Below are positions 27,518-40,371 of a stretch of DNA of 64,000 nt, piece after piece. Under the pieces are notes generated by a model. That model saw only the letters and a list, made by a program, of their open reading frames with translations, did not search any database and was not told where the DNA came from. A program made the position numbers and the translations under genes. Positions within the stretch are counted from its first letter, which is position 1, and every line of letters begins with the position of its first letter. Source of the stretch: Hypanus sabinus (lineage: Eukaryota); contig NC_082723.1 in assembly GCF_030144855.1 (NCBI RefSeq), positions 14,384,001 through 14,448,000 of the forward strand, written 5' to 3'.

Positions 27518-28689
27518 CTGAAAGATAATATCAAATAAAGATGGCAGACAGGCAAGGTCAAAGGTTACAGATCATGAAGACAAAAAGCACATGTGAAGAG
27601 CTCTCTCCTGCTGTGGACAATCCTGCATCGCACAAACAAGCTCAAAACAAGGCCCTCACAAACAAAAAGGTACAGGTGCCTAGAGAGGACAGACATTCAT
27701 TGTCTGGACCAGTGGTATTCACTCACCTTCTGTCAGACTCACAGAAGTGGTCCTGCTCCATGGGTAAAGGGAGAAGTGCTTTCAGTAACAATGCTGGAGA
27801 ATGCCTCAGCCTGAGGCCTTTTTGTACACTCGGTTGCCCATTTCCAGTCCTGGATGTTTTCTGATTGAAGGCAGAACCATCCATCAGCAAATGGGAATGG
27901 AGTAAGTTCAGGACTGGAAGTTCCACACAGGCCCTTTAGTTTCCTAGAAGCCTGTTTGTTTCATCTCTGGAGACAGAGCTCCCCATCCTTCCGGTAGTAT
28001 TCCCACTTGGAAGGAAGGGGTAGGGATACATTGCCCCAAGCAACAACTCTGACAGTATCTCCCAACCAAAAGCCCCAAGGAAACCCAAATCACAGGAGAA
28101 GGGACTATAAGACTCCATCTACCCCACCAGGTTGTGTCACGAATCTCACTGGTCTAGACATTGCTTGCCTTTTAGCTAGTTTTAGTGATGTGTGTCAATG
28201 CTTCTTTATATGGCGATGCACATTATGTAGCAAGGCAATTTACAGAACCTGGATGTTTGTCCCCTGTAGGAACCCATACTGGTCCCAGAGCAGTTCAGTC
28301 CGGGTCAGCTAGAACCCCTGCCGGTCCCTGCAAAGACAAAAGTTAGGTCGTTACTAACACCGGCCATCTGACAGCTTGCACTCTTTCTCCGCCATTTTCT
28401 CCCTCCCCTTTCTCTGGAAGGCCACCATCGATCTCCGGATGTCTGATGCCTTCTGTTCCCATGGTCCCCGCCGGAGATTAACAGCAAGATGTGGTCCAAA
28501 ACAAACTGAGATGGGGCAGGCTCAGCGACATCTCTCAAAAGGGAAGTGTGCTTAAAGAAACAGAAGGGCGGAGAATGTACAGGAGTGTGGGAGATGAATG
28601 GGATTAACAGATAGTATCACCAAAGAACTAGGATAGACATGTTGATGCTAAAGCCCTCTTCTATGCTCCACATTTCTTTGTATTAATCA

Positions 28690-29022
28690 GTTCCTTAAGT
28701 GGAGAGGGCATTGAAATAGACCTTTGGGCCCAACTTGCCCAAACCAAAAGGTGCTCTCCTAAACTAGTCCCAATTGCTTGTGTTTGACCCATGACCCACT
28801 AAACCAGGGATTCCCGGCCTCTTTTTTTAATGCCATGGGCCCCTACCATAAACCAGGTTGCAAACCCCTGCTCTCAACGTTTCCTATCCATGCACTTATC
28901 CAAATGTATTTTAAATGTTGTTATTATACCTCCCTCAACTGTTTCCCTGGCTGCTCATTTTACAAATACACCACTTTCTGCATGAAGAAGAAGTTGCCCC
29001 TCAAGTCCCTTTTAAATCTTTG
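28690..29022 (-). mobile_element. Degenerate CR1 3' fragment containing a small hAT MITE (28805-28870)
   Basis: aagaagttgcccctcaagtcccttttaaatctt CR1 motif; CAGGGATTCCC...GGTTGCAAACCCCTG ends. Confidence 0.55.
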
Positions 29023-30588
29023 GTTGTGAAGTCTCAAACCGCCCGGCTCAAGAACAGCTACTTCCCTTCAATATTTGATACTTGAACAAACCTAAACAAC
29101 CCTAATTACTACCTGAATACAGCAACATTCTAACCACTTTGCACTACCATGGAATTTGATTTTGTTTAGTCTTAGTTCTGTTTAGTTTAGTTTACTTTGA
29201 TTTTGTTTTTTCAGTCTGGGGTTTTTTCCCCATCTTTTTATTTTCTTGTATCTTGTCTATATGAAGAGTTTGGGAAGTCAATTATATTGGTGTTACCTAT
29301 AGTTTCTACTCACATGTGTTAATTGCCAACAATGTAATCCCACTCTCTATGTACTATTATGACCACTATGTATTTGTCTTTGAAAAATTCAAAAGATTGA
29401 AAAAGAAAGAATTTGATTTCATTATGTTTTGTTCTAATTGCCTTCTCTTTTGTATCATTTTGCAAAATTTGTATTGCTGATTGGTTTTCTCATAAACTCT
29501 GCATATCCATTGTGCCTACTGTGCCTTATGCATAAACGTACTTGTGTATATGACATAAACTTGACTTTGTCTACTATAACAATTCCATTTATTTACCTAC
29601 CTTGTATCCTTTTCCTGTGATTTCTCTACCTGACAAAGATCTAGGGGCTTCCAGCACTGCACTAGTGAGACACTTCTTCCATTTCAACCCTTAGCTCTCC
29701 CATTGATCTCACCAGTGGGTACTTGATGACCCTGTGGTGTTGAAAAATGGCATCTGCACCGTGTCCTCTCCATGCACCCTACTCTGCATGTGCCCCAGAG
29801 TGTAGACAATTTCTTCCACTGAGGTACGGAGGACTATAGTCCAGAGGCAGGTCAATGGGACTGGACAGTTTAAATGGTTCAGCATAGACTAGATGGGCCA
29901 AAGGGCTGTACTTTTCTATGACTTGATGACTTTGAGGTCCCAAGAGATGATTGGACAGCAAACTGACTCACAGCACCAACCAACTCCCCCTGTCCACTGA
30001 CAGTCTCAGCCTAACAGAGTTTCTCACAGGGCATGTAGGCGAGGGGAGAGGAACACAAAACATTTTTGCAGAGACCAGATTTTAACCTGGCCACTGGGTG
30101 GCAGTGTAACAGTGGTGCAGCAGGATTCAGCGTTTAACAATCCAAAAGGAAAACTCAGTAATTCACAGGCATGCAACTGACACGTATTTAACAGTGAGTC
30201 CTGATTTATGTGGCAGATAATTAAACACATTGGCCAATAGGCAGTTCAATTGAGGAGTTAAATGGTCATCTTGTACCTGCAAACTCAATTTTCATATTGA
30301 GACGTGTCCTGACTACAACAGGTCAGAATATCTGTTTAAAACTGCAGTTAATCAGTGGCCTAGACGAGGCCTGATCTTATTTCATGACTTTTTTGAAAAT
30401 TTCTCTCACCACAGAGGATGGAAGAGAAAGCTGGAATTCTGATGAGCTGTCAACTTTCCAATTACAACCTCCTACTTATTCTTCTTCCATCAAAAACATC
30501 AGGCTCTGTCAACCCTTCAGTGTTTCACTGATCATTGTACTGGGGCAGGCTATTCGGCCCCTCAGCGGTTTCTATCATTCATTTAGAG

Positions 30589-30654
30589 CAGGAGTCCATG
30601 GACCCCTTGCTTAATGATACTGGTCCACAGCATAAAAAAGGTTAGGAACCCCTG
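30589..30654. mobile_element. hAT-Charlie-like MITE, partial
   Basis: Same family as 55173-55252 (GTCCATGGACCCC...GGTTAGGAACCCCTG). Confidence 0.6.
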
Positions 30655-31019
30655 AGTTAGAACATTCTGAATAATATCTCTATCTGCCTGGGCTCCCTTT
30701 CCCTTCCTGCCAAAGATCACTGTTATGACATTTTTAATTGGCACCCTCTCCAATCCCAGTGCATTTAGCCTTTTTTTCTGGCAGGGGTTGGTTGGTTCTT
30801 ACCAGCTCTCGTGTCAGAGTTCCTCCTAAATTTTATTTGCCATCTCGGTGACCCTTCGGTATCAAGTCTGAAGAGCTTCTTCCCTTCCTCGGCCAACCCC
30901 TCTCTTCAGATGCTCGAAACCAGGTTCACCATCACTGTGCAGCTGTGGTCCCCCTGCCTGAAGAAAAATGAACTGCCTGTATGCGCCATCCTGCCTATAA
31001 TGTACCTGGTCCTCTCATT

Positions 31020-31465
31020 TCAGAAAGGATGTAGAAACTTTAGCGAGGGTGTCAAGGAGATTAACCAGGATGCTATCTGGATTAGAGAGGATATGAAAAT
31101 AGGTTGAGCAAGCTCAGGCTTTTCTCTGGAGCAAAAGAGGACGGGAGGTGACTCGATACAGCTACATAATATGATAAGAGGTATAGATCGGGTGAACAGC
31201 TGGAGACGTTTTCTCAGGGTGAAAATACCTCATATGAGAAAGCAATATTTTACGGTGTCTGGAGGAATGTATGGCGGGGATATTACAGGCAAAGGTGTTT
31301 TTACACAGAGAGTGGTGGGAGGAGACTTATGAGAACCTTGGGCACATGGATGAAAGAAAATTGTGGGCTATGTGGTAGGAAAAGTTCAGATTGATCAGGT
31401 TAAAAGGTCAGCACAACATTGGGGGCCCAGGGGCCTGCACTGTGCTGCAATGTTGTATGTTCCAT
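31020..31465 (+). mobile_element. CR1 3' fragment, degenerate
   Basis: Remnants resembling the KDINKLERVQRRFTRML and RRLRGDLI segments of the CR1 at 6160, plus a CR1-like tail. Confidence 0.8.
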
Positions 31466-32733
31466 GAAAGTCACATCTAAGGTTTATTAGATACATTCTT
31501 GGCATGTGAAGCTTTTCCTATCAGGAGAACAGAAGTGGCTCATAATCTTAGGAACAGCAAATGGTAAGCTATTTCATGGAAACAAAAAGTCTTAAGAAGA
31601 TGTGTCAGAGGAGTTGAGGGGCTGAAGAGTCCAGAGCTCAAGATGATGATCTCAAGATAAGTGGCAGGTCATTTAAGATTGAGATATGGGGAAGGCCCAT
31701 GATGGTAGTAAATCTTTGGAAATCTCTTCCAAGCAGGTAGTGCAATCGTATGAAGCGATGCTGGTGGGTTTTTGGGCATAAGGAGAGTCAGGGGATATGG
31801 GGCCATTGATAAGGAATGACGGATCGTGTAAGGAAAATAAAGATAGTAGACATGCAGTGATCTTACTGAAAGGTACATCTGCATAGTGTGGAGATAAAGC
31901 CACTAATAGCTATTACTCTTCACCTAAACACCTGATCATGGATCCACAAACCACTACAGATGTTGGAATCTGAAACGATCAAAAAAGGTGGAGGAACTCA
32001 GAGAGTCAGGAACTCAGAAATGGGCAGGTGACATTCCATCTTCATCTGAAACTTCGACTGCCTGTGCCAGTAAGCTCTTCCAGCAATTTGTGTTTTGCAC
32101 CATCTTATTACCTTCATTTCCTTCACTACACTCTTACAACCCTTGCTGCTGGCTGGGCTTGTTGGTCTCTGTCTGGGTTTCTCAGAGTTACGAGAAGCTT
32201 GTGTGTATGCATCCTTTTCCACCTCTGGAACACATTCATTACACCAGAGTACCAATGGCCCAGTTAGCAAGTTAGGGCTTCAACCCTACACAAGTATGAC
32301 TTAAATATCCTTGGTCTCGCACCATTCGTTTGTATTGCCTCTGCTAACCCACCAGTAAGAACCTTTCCTTCCTTCCTTATCCACCATGACTGACATGCTC
32401 ACCACTACTTTTGGTGTCACCATGCTGGCAACGTATCTCCATGAACAGATTGTTTAGAGGCAAGAGAAGGCAGAACTCAGTGTACATAGTGTGAGGGACA
32501 ATGAAGGATGACTTGGGCTGAAGGTGACCATGACAACAGAGATGTAAGTGCACAGCAGTGAAAATGGGTATCACAGGGAAACAGTTACATCACATCACCA
32601 TCACATAGTGGAAACAACTACCCCCCAGAAGGAGTGAGAATTGGACAAAACTTACAGCATACAGCACAGGCGTTCAACATGGCTGTTGACTGATGATGTT
32701 TGTTGATCTAGAACCCAAGCTTCCTTCCTCATG

Positions 32734-33078
32734 CAATGTTCCCTCTAAGGTGTGCACATTTGCGCACACACACATTGTTTGCTTGTAGTGCACAAAGGAA
32801 TTTAAACAGCACACAAAAGGTTGTCACCCTCTACCCCATTGGCGTGTTGAGTATATTTCACGATCATGTGCAATCCCATTTCCTTTTCCAGTTTCTGAGG
32901 CAGAAGGTGTGACAACATGGAGTTTGTGAAGATTAGTTTGCAGATTTTAGAACTCACTTATTTATATGCTTTTATTGAAGAAATTATTCAGTACGCACTG
33001 TTGTTGTCACTGGGCAAAAAGATTGCACAGCACAAGATTTTTGTGTACACTGGTCATTAATAATTAGAGGGAACATTG
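32734..33078. mobile_element. Non-autonomous hAT-type MITE
   Basis: Perfect 15-bp TIRs CAATGTTCCCTCTAA / TTAGAGGGAACATTG; degenerate 8-bp TSD tcctcatg / ttcgcgtg. Confidence 0.85.
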
Positions 33079-34729
33079 TTCGCGTGTAACCTCAACCACA
33101 GCCCAATATTTGTCACTCTGTCGTGTATTTATCCCAGTTTCTCTCAAAAGGGTCAGTACAATCCAGTTCAATATCTCCTCCTTCTGACCACACTGAGTAA
33201 AGCGAATTCCTGACCGCGTTCAGCAGGAACAAGGTCTCAGCGGTGGCCACCGAGTTTGGAGATGGGGCGTCAGCCAACATAGTCCTGGTGGGAGTTTCTC
33301 TTCTCCACGCCAAAGAGCACCTTCTACCCACCACCAGCTTCCAAACTACTGTCCCACCAATCCATCTCTGTGAAATGAGATACAGCAGACTGGAATTTTT
33401 CTAAGCTTTGTGTAAATTCCAGTCATTATTTTCTGCATCGCCACTGATGTATCCTAACAGTTGCCTGTTTTCATATAATGACAGGAACTAAAACTGGGAC
33501 ACTCACCGCCCCCCACCACCACGTCTTAGGAGTTTCTTCCATTATGTTATTGGTCGACATTCCTTTTTTAACTCTTAAGCAAAATCAGAGCTCATGGAAT
33601 GAAAATGGCATCATGTTCTTTTACACTATAAAACTGTATCCTACCCATTTCCTATCCTGTCTTTACTTTCTGCAAACACAATATAATTAATATTGGGATC
33701 AAATGGAATGTACAGAAGGAAGCTGAATGACTTATAGATAGGATGTTGGCCATCTGAATCTGGTGAAATGTAGACAGTTTTTATGAAGGATAGTGGGAGT
33801 CAGTTACTAGATAGCATTGCATACAAGAATTTTCGAAGACTTTGTAGACCAAACTCAAGGGTTTTTTGATCAAACTGAAGGTAACCGAAGTAGGGTGGGT
33901 CCTGAGAGCCTTACGGCTCAGTCCCATTGCTGCCCTCCTTTCCACGTCACCCAGTCAGCATTGTTACTTTAAAAAGCTCATTGGCTAAATTGGGGAGAAG
34001 TCTTCCATTACTGAACTGGGATTGTACACCAACATCCATCACTACTTGGGGAACAATACTGCCCAATATGGATGCTGATATTTCTGGAGGTACACAATGA
34101 TGTTCAATTTGGGAACATGAAGATTTTTTTGTGGAAGGTGGCGCTGTTTGGAAATATCAAAGTACATTCTTGTGATTGCAGGTGCCCCTCACACCTTTTT
34201 TTCTTAGGTTTCAACAATGTTAAGAATCCATTGTCCCATCCACACACCCCACCCTTATGTCCCCCTGCCTTGGCTCATAGAGACCTCTGACTCCTTCTCC
34301 CAAACGAGCAGTATCTGCTCCTTCAGATACTGAGGCCCCAGGCTTGGACATTCCATCGTGAAGACTCGTTCTCTCACCCTCAACACTGGGACGTCCTTCG
34401 TCCCTTCATTTGTGACAAAGAGTTTCATCCGCTGCTCTAACTTCCATTTAGGTGGTCTCAACAAAGAACTAGATTTATATTCTTCTTTCTGTCAGCCCCC
34501 CCTTCTTTGATTTGCCTTGGCCCATGTTGAAAAAAAAATCCATTAATCTGGTGCACTTGAAATTTGTGGTAAAGAGCAAGCCAATTTTCTGGATGCTACT
34601 GCTATAAATATTCCAGCACACTTACTTATTTAAGCTGTTAAGACAGTAGAATAATAAATCTTCCAATGAACCCCATAATTTTAAGTGGAACTCCTGCTGC
34701 TTCACAGGAGGATGGGAAGCAGAAGCAGG

Positions 34730-35245
34730 AGGGAGTGTGGAAACCAGGACCCTTATGATGGGATATGTGTACAGAGTTCCCTAAGAGTGAAGGGGAGTGG
34801 GGAAACTAGGGTCCCAGTGTGAGTGGGAGAATGGGAACTGAAGTCTTTGCGTGTGTGCTGAGTGTGGGAACTGAGATCCTGGCATGTGTGGGAGTGTGAG
34901 GACTTGGGGGTGCGGGGGTCCCAGTATGTCTGGGAGTACGGCAGCTGGTGTCCCAGTATGTGTGGGAGCCTGGCAACTGGGGTCCCAGTGCGTGATGGGG
35001 TATGGGAACTGAGCTATCGATGAGTGACAGAGTTTGGCAACTGGAGTACCAGTGTGCGTGGGAGGATGGGAACTGGAGTACCGATGTGTTGTGTGAGTAT
35101 GGGATCTGGGGTACTGATGTGTGACCGTTTATGGGAACTGGAGTGTACCCATGTGTGATGGAGTATGGGAACTGGGGTCCCAGTGTGTGGGGGAGGTTGG
35201 GATTTGGGGTACCCGTGTGTGACAGAGTATAGGAATAGGGTCCTG
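34730..35245. repeat. Degenerate minisatellite, unit about 30-35 bp
   Basis: Recurring GGGAACTGGGGTCCCAGTGTGTG-like units. Confidence 0.8.
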
Positions 35246-36097
35246 AAAGGTGAAAGGGATTTAGGAATTAGCACTCAATGAGCCAGGTGCTTAAACATTG
35301 GGATTTCCAATCAGAAAGCAGATTATAAGACCTTTTGTGTACTTGCTGACTTTGAGAAGAGTGGGGTGATTTTATTGGATCATGTAGGATTCTGAGTCGG
35401 ACTAATTGGCTATTTGTCGAGATGATGATTCCCCCAGTGGAAGCATCTGTAACTAGATAAGTCATTGATACTATATATTCTGGGCCATGATGGACTATGT
35501 TTTGAAAAATGGTTGAGGACAAGATCAGTCCAAACAGCAACATCTGGTTTAGTAATCTCAATAATCATGGTTTTAAATGAAATTCAATTTTAAAAATACA
35601 AGACAAGCCATTTAAAAATATTATACAGGGCTTTATCAGCAAGATAATAAAGAAGTATCCATGGTTATAAGCTGCTTCACCCATCAGTTATACCTGATAT
35701 CCAGGGAAAGCACTGCAGAGGTGGTGGGGGGGTGGAAAGAAGAGTTCAACCCATGGATCAGGATTGTGAGGCTGCTGGTCAAAGGCCTCAGTGTTTCATT
35801 GTGGTTTCGCAGTGAACGGGGCCACACAGGCCAGACTGCTGCTTCCTCCTTCAACAAACCCAGCAATAAGCACACCACTACACCAGAGGACCCTTCAGCT
35901 ATGCCCTGGGTCAATTTTTTGTTAAATTGACTACTTCAAAAACATTTGAGCAGCTTGCAGGAATAGCTATTTTAAGGAGTCAGCTGGGGATACACCTAAG
36001 GGGTGGGGTGGGGGGATGGTAGAGCAAACGTAACGAGTGAACCAGGCAGAGGCAAGTACAGACACACAGACAGAAAAGCAAAGAAAAAGACACTCAC

Positions 36098-36106
36098 TCA
36101 GCTAGA
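36098..36106 (-). CDS. DNM1: Candidate 9-nt DNM1 microexon TCTAGCTGA
   Basis: ttctcctctctctgtcatctccTGCcTGCctcag|TCTAGCTGA|gtgagt; frame-preserving. Confidence 0.6.
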   Translation of the reverse strand, partial: SS

Positions 36107-37949
36107 CTGAGGCAGGCAGGAGATGACAGAGAGAGGAGAAACACAAGTAGGGACACAGATAACTGAACAGGGAAATCGAAATAGGGAGGCAACCATGACA
36201 GACAATACAGCAAAAAAAAACCTCGCACAACGAAATGTTCAGACACAGCTTCAGAGGAAGAGATAAGTTCAGGGAACAGAAAAACAAATGGGAAAAAGAG
36301 GGAAAGTTTGAAAAGCAAGGGAGTTTACAGGGATAGGGATGAAAACACAAGAGACAGCTAGAACTGAGCTAGATATTTACACCACAGGGAAATCTCACCA
36401 ATGGATGGAGCTCATGAGAAGGCAAGGTTATATCCAGTTAGCTGGGTAGGTGAGCTGAATGAGCATATCTTGTTCCATTCTTGACTAGAAATTTAGCTCA
36501 AAGAAAGAATCCACATGAGAGAAGCATTTCTTAGATTTGACCCTTCCTCAGCTTGGGTGAGATTGGCCACTAAGATGACCTGTATAATTTCTATGAGAAG
36601 AGGACCTGTCTATCTGGTTAGCTGGGAGCCAGCAGCAGGTCAAATAGCCTCACATGCAGTAATAAATAAGCGTATTGATTTTTTAAACGTAATTTTCATA
36701 GCCCTTTTGAAATGAGAATTGCACAGATTTGCAGACTTCTAAGCACAATTTGCCTAACCAAAATCTAATACCTGACTAAACTAAATGTTTATGGTTCAGT
36801 TATAAAATTCTACTATATTATGGTCACTGGACCTTAAAGATACTTTAATTTCAAGATTGTCAATGAATCCTTTTCTCATTACAGAATGTTAAAAGTAAAT
36901 TCACTTGTTCTTTCATTGGTTTCTTAACACATTTATCCAGAAAACCATCCCTGAAACATTCCTCCACACTATTACCGTTAAGTTGGTATCGCTAGTCTCT
37001 TGGGACTATTGCACCCCCCCCCCCCCCCAAGTTATACGCAGCTCTAATTTCCAGATATATACCGTACGTTGCCTGTCCTGCTTGGGAAGTCTATAAACAA
37101 ACTCCCACCAATATTTTCTGCCTGGTACTCTTCCCAATGCAATCCTAACATGCAATTCTGAGCTAAGATCATTTATCTCCTTTGATCCTGTCTTTTAAGA
37201 TGAGGATTCACCCAAATCTTCTTTTTATGTTGTCAATTTTGCCTGCTTCTTCTCAGAATTAAGTATCCTGGACTATTTAGACCTCAATCGTGATTGCTTT
37301 GCAATATCATCGCTGTAATGCCAATTAAATTTTACTCATTTATTTCTATTTGTGTCATTCATTTACCCATCCTGTTATGAGTTCAGATAAAGAGTGCATG
37401 GCTTTATCTTCTTACCATTTTTCCCCCGCTCCAACTCTAACTGGAAATACACTCTTCTACTTTCAGGCGCTTCTTGTTGAAAGAGAATTGATCATGATCC
37501 ATTTTGCTCCTCTGCACTGTTGCTGTATTTCATGACCCTGTTCCATCCTCCCTACCTTCTGGGTGCTGAGACCATCCCATAACCTCAAAAGATATTGTGA
37601 GGACACCCCTCTGATTTACAGGGACTGGAGTTCGTAAAGCACACTGATTGATTGGTAGATCGGCCTGACAATTTATTGCAACTCGGATGATCATGGTCTA
37701 GTGGGCAACTCGAATTATTCTATGACCATTGGGTGGAAATGAAATGGGAGATTGCATGGAGAGTTGGTATAAGTGTTTTGTTATAACTCCTAGCTGCTGC
37801 TCAGCCCCGTCCCACCCAAATGGGCAGGCCATCATTTCAATAAATACACAGGGGCATCGCCAGGTCAAGATATTGGTGCACTGGTGTTCTGATGACCTAA
37901 TCTCCTTCTGCTTCATTCTCTAGGCAAGGCACTTTCAGAGAATTCTTAC

Positions 37950-38174
37950 CTGGGGACGCCGGGCGGAGCTCGGTTAGGCCGGGAGGGGACCTGAGGTGGA
38001 GCCCCAAATGAGTCGGTCCCAGGTCGAGATGGGATTGGCGGGGCACTGCCAGGTGGTCCTTGAGGAGGTGGTCCAGAGGGAGGTGGTGGACCAGGGGCAG
38101 GGCCACGGGACAGAGGCCTGACAGGGGGAACGGCAGGAGCTCTTCTCTGTGGTGTTGGACTTGAGGTCGGAGAT
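37950..38174 (-). CDS. DNM1: Dynamin-1 proline-rich domain exon (human exon 21 equivalent)
   Basis: ccccccag|ATCTCCG...CCCAG|gtaaga; encodes [17 protein letters not shown]...[15 protein letters not shown] (S774/S778 phospho-box and PSRPNR amphiphysin site). Confidence 0.98.
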
Positions 38175-38330
38175 CTGGGGGGAGTGCAGAAACCAATGAA
38201 AATTATTAATGATTCAATATCACAGAGAGAAAGAGGGTGGATACTGCATAGAAAACACACATCATGGCTGCACTGTGCTGTCTCTTTGCATCAGTTGGGT
38301 GAGATTGGGGCAGGATTCATGTTTACCTAC

Positions 38331-38572
38331 CTTCTCCCAGATGGTATTTCCCTGACTCCCAGCCAGGAGTCATCTACAGGTGGTGGGAGAGGGGTGCTAA
38401 TGGTGCTGGTGTTGATGTCACCAATGATACTCAAGGCTTCCTTTAGCGCATGGTACATCCGTAACATCTCCTCACGCCGCTGCGCCTGCTCAGCAGACTC
38501 TTCCATCAGGACATTCTGGTCTGCACAGGAGTAGAGCTGAGCGAGGAGTTCAGAGTGAATGAAATCCTTAGT
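38331..38572 (-). CDS. DNM1: Dynamin-1 GED exon (human exon 20 equivalent, 242 bp)
   Basis: gacag|ACTAAG...GAGAAG|gtaggt; [71 protein letters not shown]. Confidence 0.98.
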
Positions 38573-39296
38573 CTGTCAGGAAAGTGAAGATCAGGGACAC
38601 CAGTTAGTCCTGCACTGAATTTCAATCCCCTTTACGAATGACAGCTAAACCACCCACCATAAAGTGAACAACCGGGATCACGGTTATGATCACAACCAAG
38701 CACTGGCCTGGGCACCAGATCATGTGAGAATTGCAGGATCAAACCTAGTTCCAGGCTCAGACCACAGGCCAAGGTCCAAATCCAAATGTGTTGACTCAAA
38801 GATGAATACGATAGCTCAAATCCAGGTCCAGGATCAGGCCTAACCCTCCTTGGACCTTCCCAACCAAGTTAGCCTCTAAGCTTGCCCAGAACACCAACTT
38901 CTGATAAAAATAAACGCTTAGGCCAATAGCATTCCCATATGGAGCCAACCAACAGGGAGGAGCTTGGCAACTATGACATAAAACAGCAGCTCTCCAGAAC
39001 TTCACACACCAAATAGGTCCTTCAATGACAAAAAGTGACTTCATTTCTGAAGATATGACCCTGATCCTAAGGAGATGTTGCAGTAAGGCCTCTGGTTGGA
39101 AGGATGAGTGTAAGATTGGATTCTCTCACTTGCCGCACTAGGAATGATTTGTTCAGGAATAGCAGGTGAAACAAAAAAGGTGACAATGATACATAGAGCT
39201 CAACAGTCTAAATGCTATTCTCTCCTGGGCAGGGTGGATGGGTGAGGGGTCTTAGTAAGGGTATACTCCTTAAAATACCTAGGAACATTGTTTTAA

Positions 39297-40371
39297 TATA
39301 GTTTACCCAAAACTCAAATTTTTCATTATTTACAAATTAGAGACATTCTGGGTTCTCAACTATATACATTTCCTATAAGTTCTGATAAGGACTTATTAGA
39401 TGTAATTTTTAATTTGAAACCTTTTTATAATGGTTCAATATCCAATATTATGGTATGTTGTTAGGAATGAGAAACGTTCCTATAGGAAAAATTAAAAATT
39501 ACAGACTTCAATTTCTGAGGAAACTTGGAATGAAATTTTTAAATTGGTTAAAACTTCATCATTATGTGCCCGTCATTCCCTTTTACAATTTAAAGTGGTT
39601 CATAGGGCTCACATGTCTAAAGATAAGCTATCTCATTTTTATTCAGATCTATCCCCTTTCTGTGACAGATGTAATAATGGAGAAGCTTCATTAATTCACG
39701 TGTTTTGGACATGTCTGAGCCTCGAAAGATACTGGAAGGAAGTACTACAAACTTTCTCAGTACCTTTCAAAGTAAATTTTAAGCCTAACCCTTTGACCGC
39801 ATTATTTAGTATTGTTGGAGGAAAAGACTTTATTTTGGAGACACCTAATTTGCATATTTTGGCTTTTACTTTTCATATAGCTAGGAGGGCGCTCTTGCTT
39901 AAATGGAAAGATTCTGTTCCGCGTACTCATGCTCAATGGTTATGGGATGTTATGTCGTGCTTAAATTAAGAGAAGATCCGATGTTCAGTTTTTGAATCTA
40001 CCCATGACTTTTGTACATTGTGGGGACCATTTTTGAGTTATTCTCAAAACCTTTGATTTGTTGTAAAAGTACAGATGGTGGCTAATAATATATTTTATTT
40101 TATTATAAGGGTACTTTTCCCCCCTTTTTTCATGCTTTTCCTAACAGCTCTGACTTTGGTAATGGGTTTAGATTTTTCTTCTGTATAACAAAATTATTAT
40201 ATTTCAATATTATGATTTAATTTAATTTTTATGATTATAGGGTTTTGTGATTGTAACTGTATTTTTAATACAATGTATTTGGTTCTATTTTATTTTTTCT
40301 TTTGACTTACAATATATATCTTCTTGTACTCTGTATTCCTTTATGCAGAAACTAATAAAATATTGAAAGAG
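39297..40371 (+). mobile_element. L1-clade LINE 3' fragment with 25-bp target-site duplication
   Basis: CCHC knuckle CDRCNNGEASLIHVFWTC; AATAAA at 40354; identical 25-mers at 39272-39296 and 40372-40396. Confidence 0.92.
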
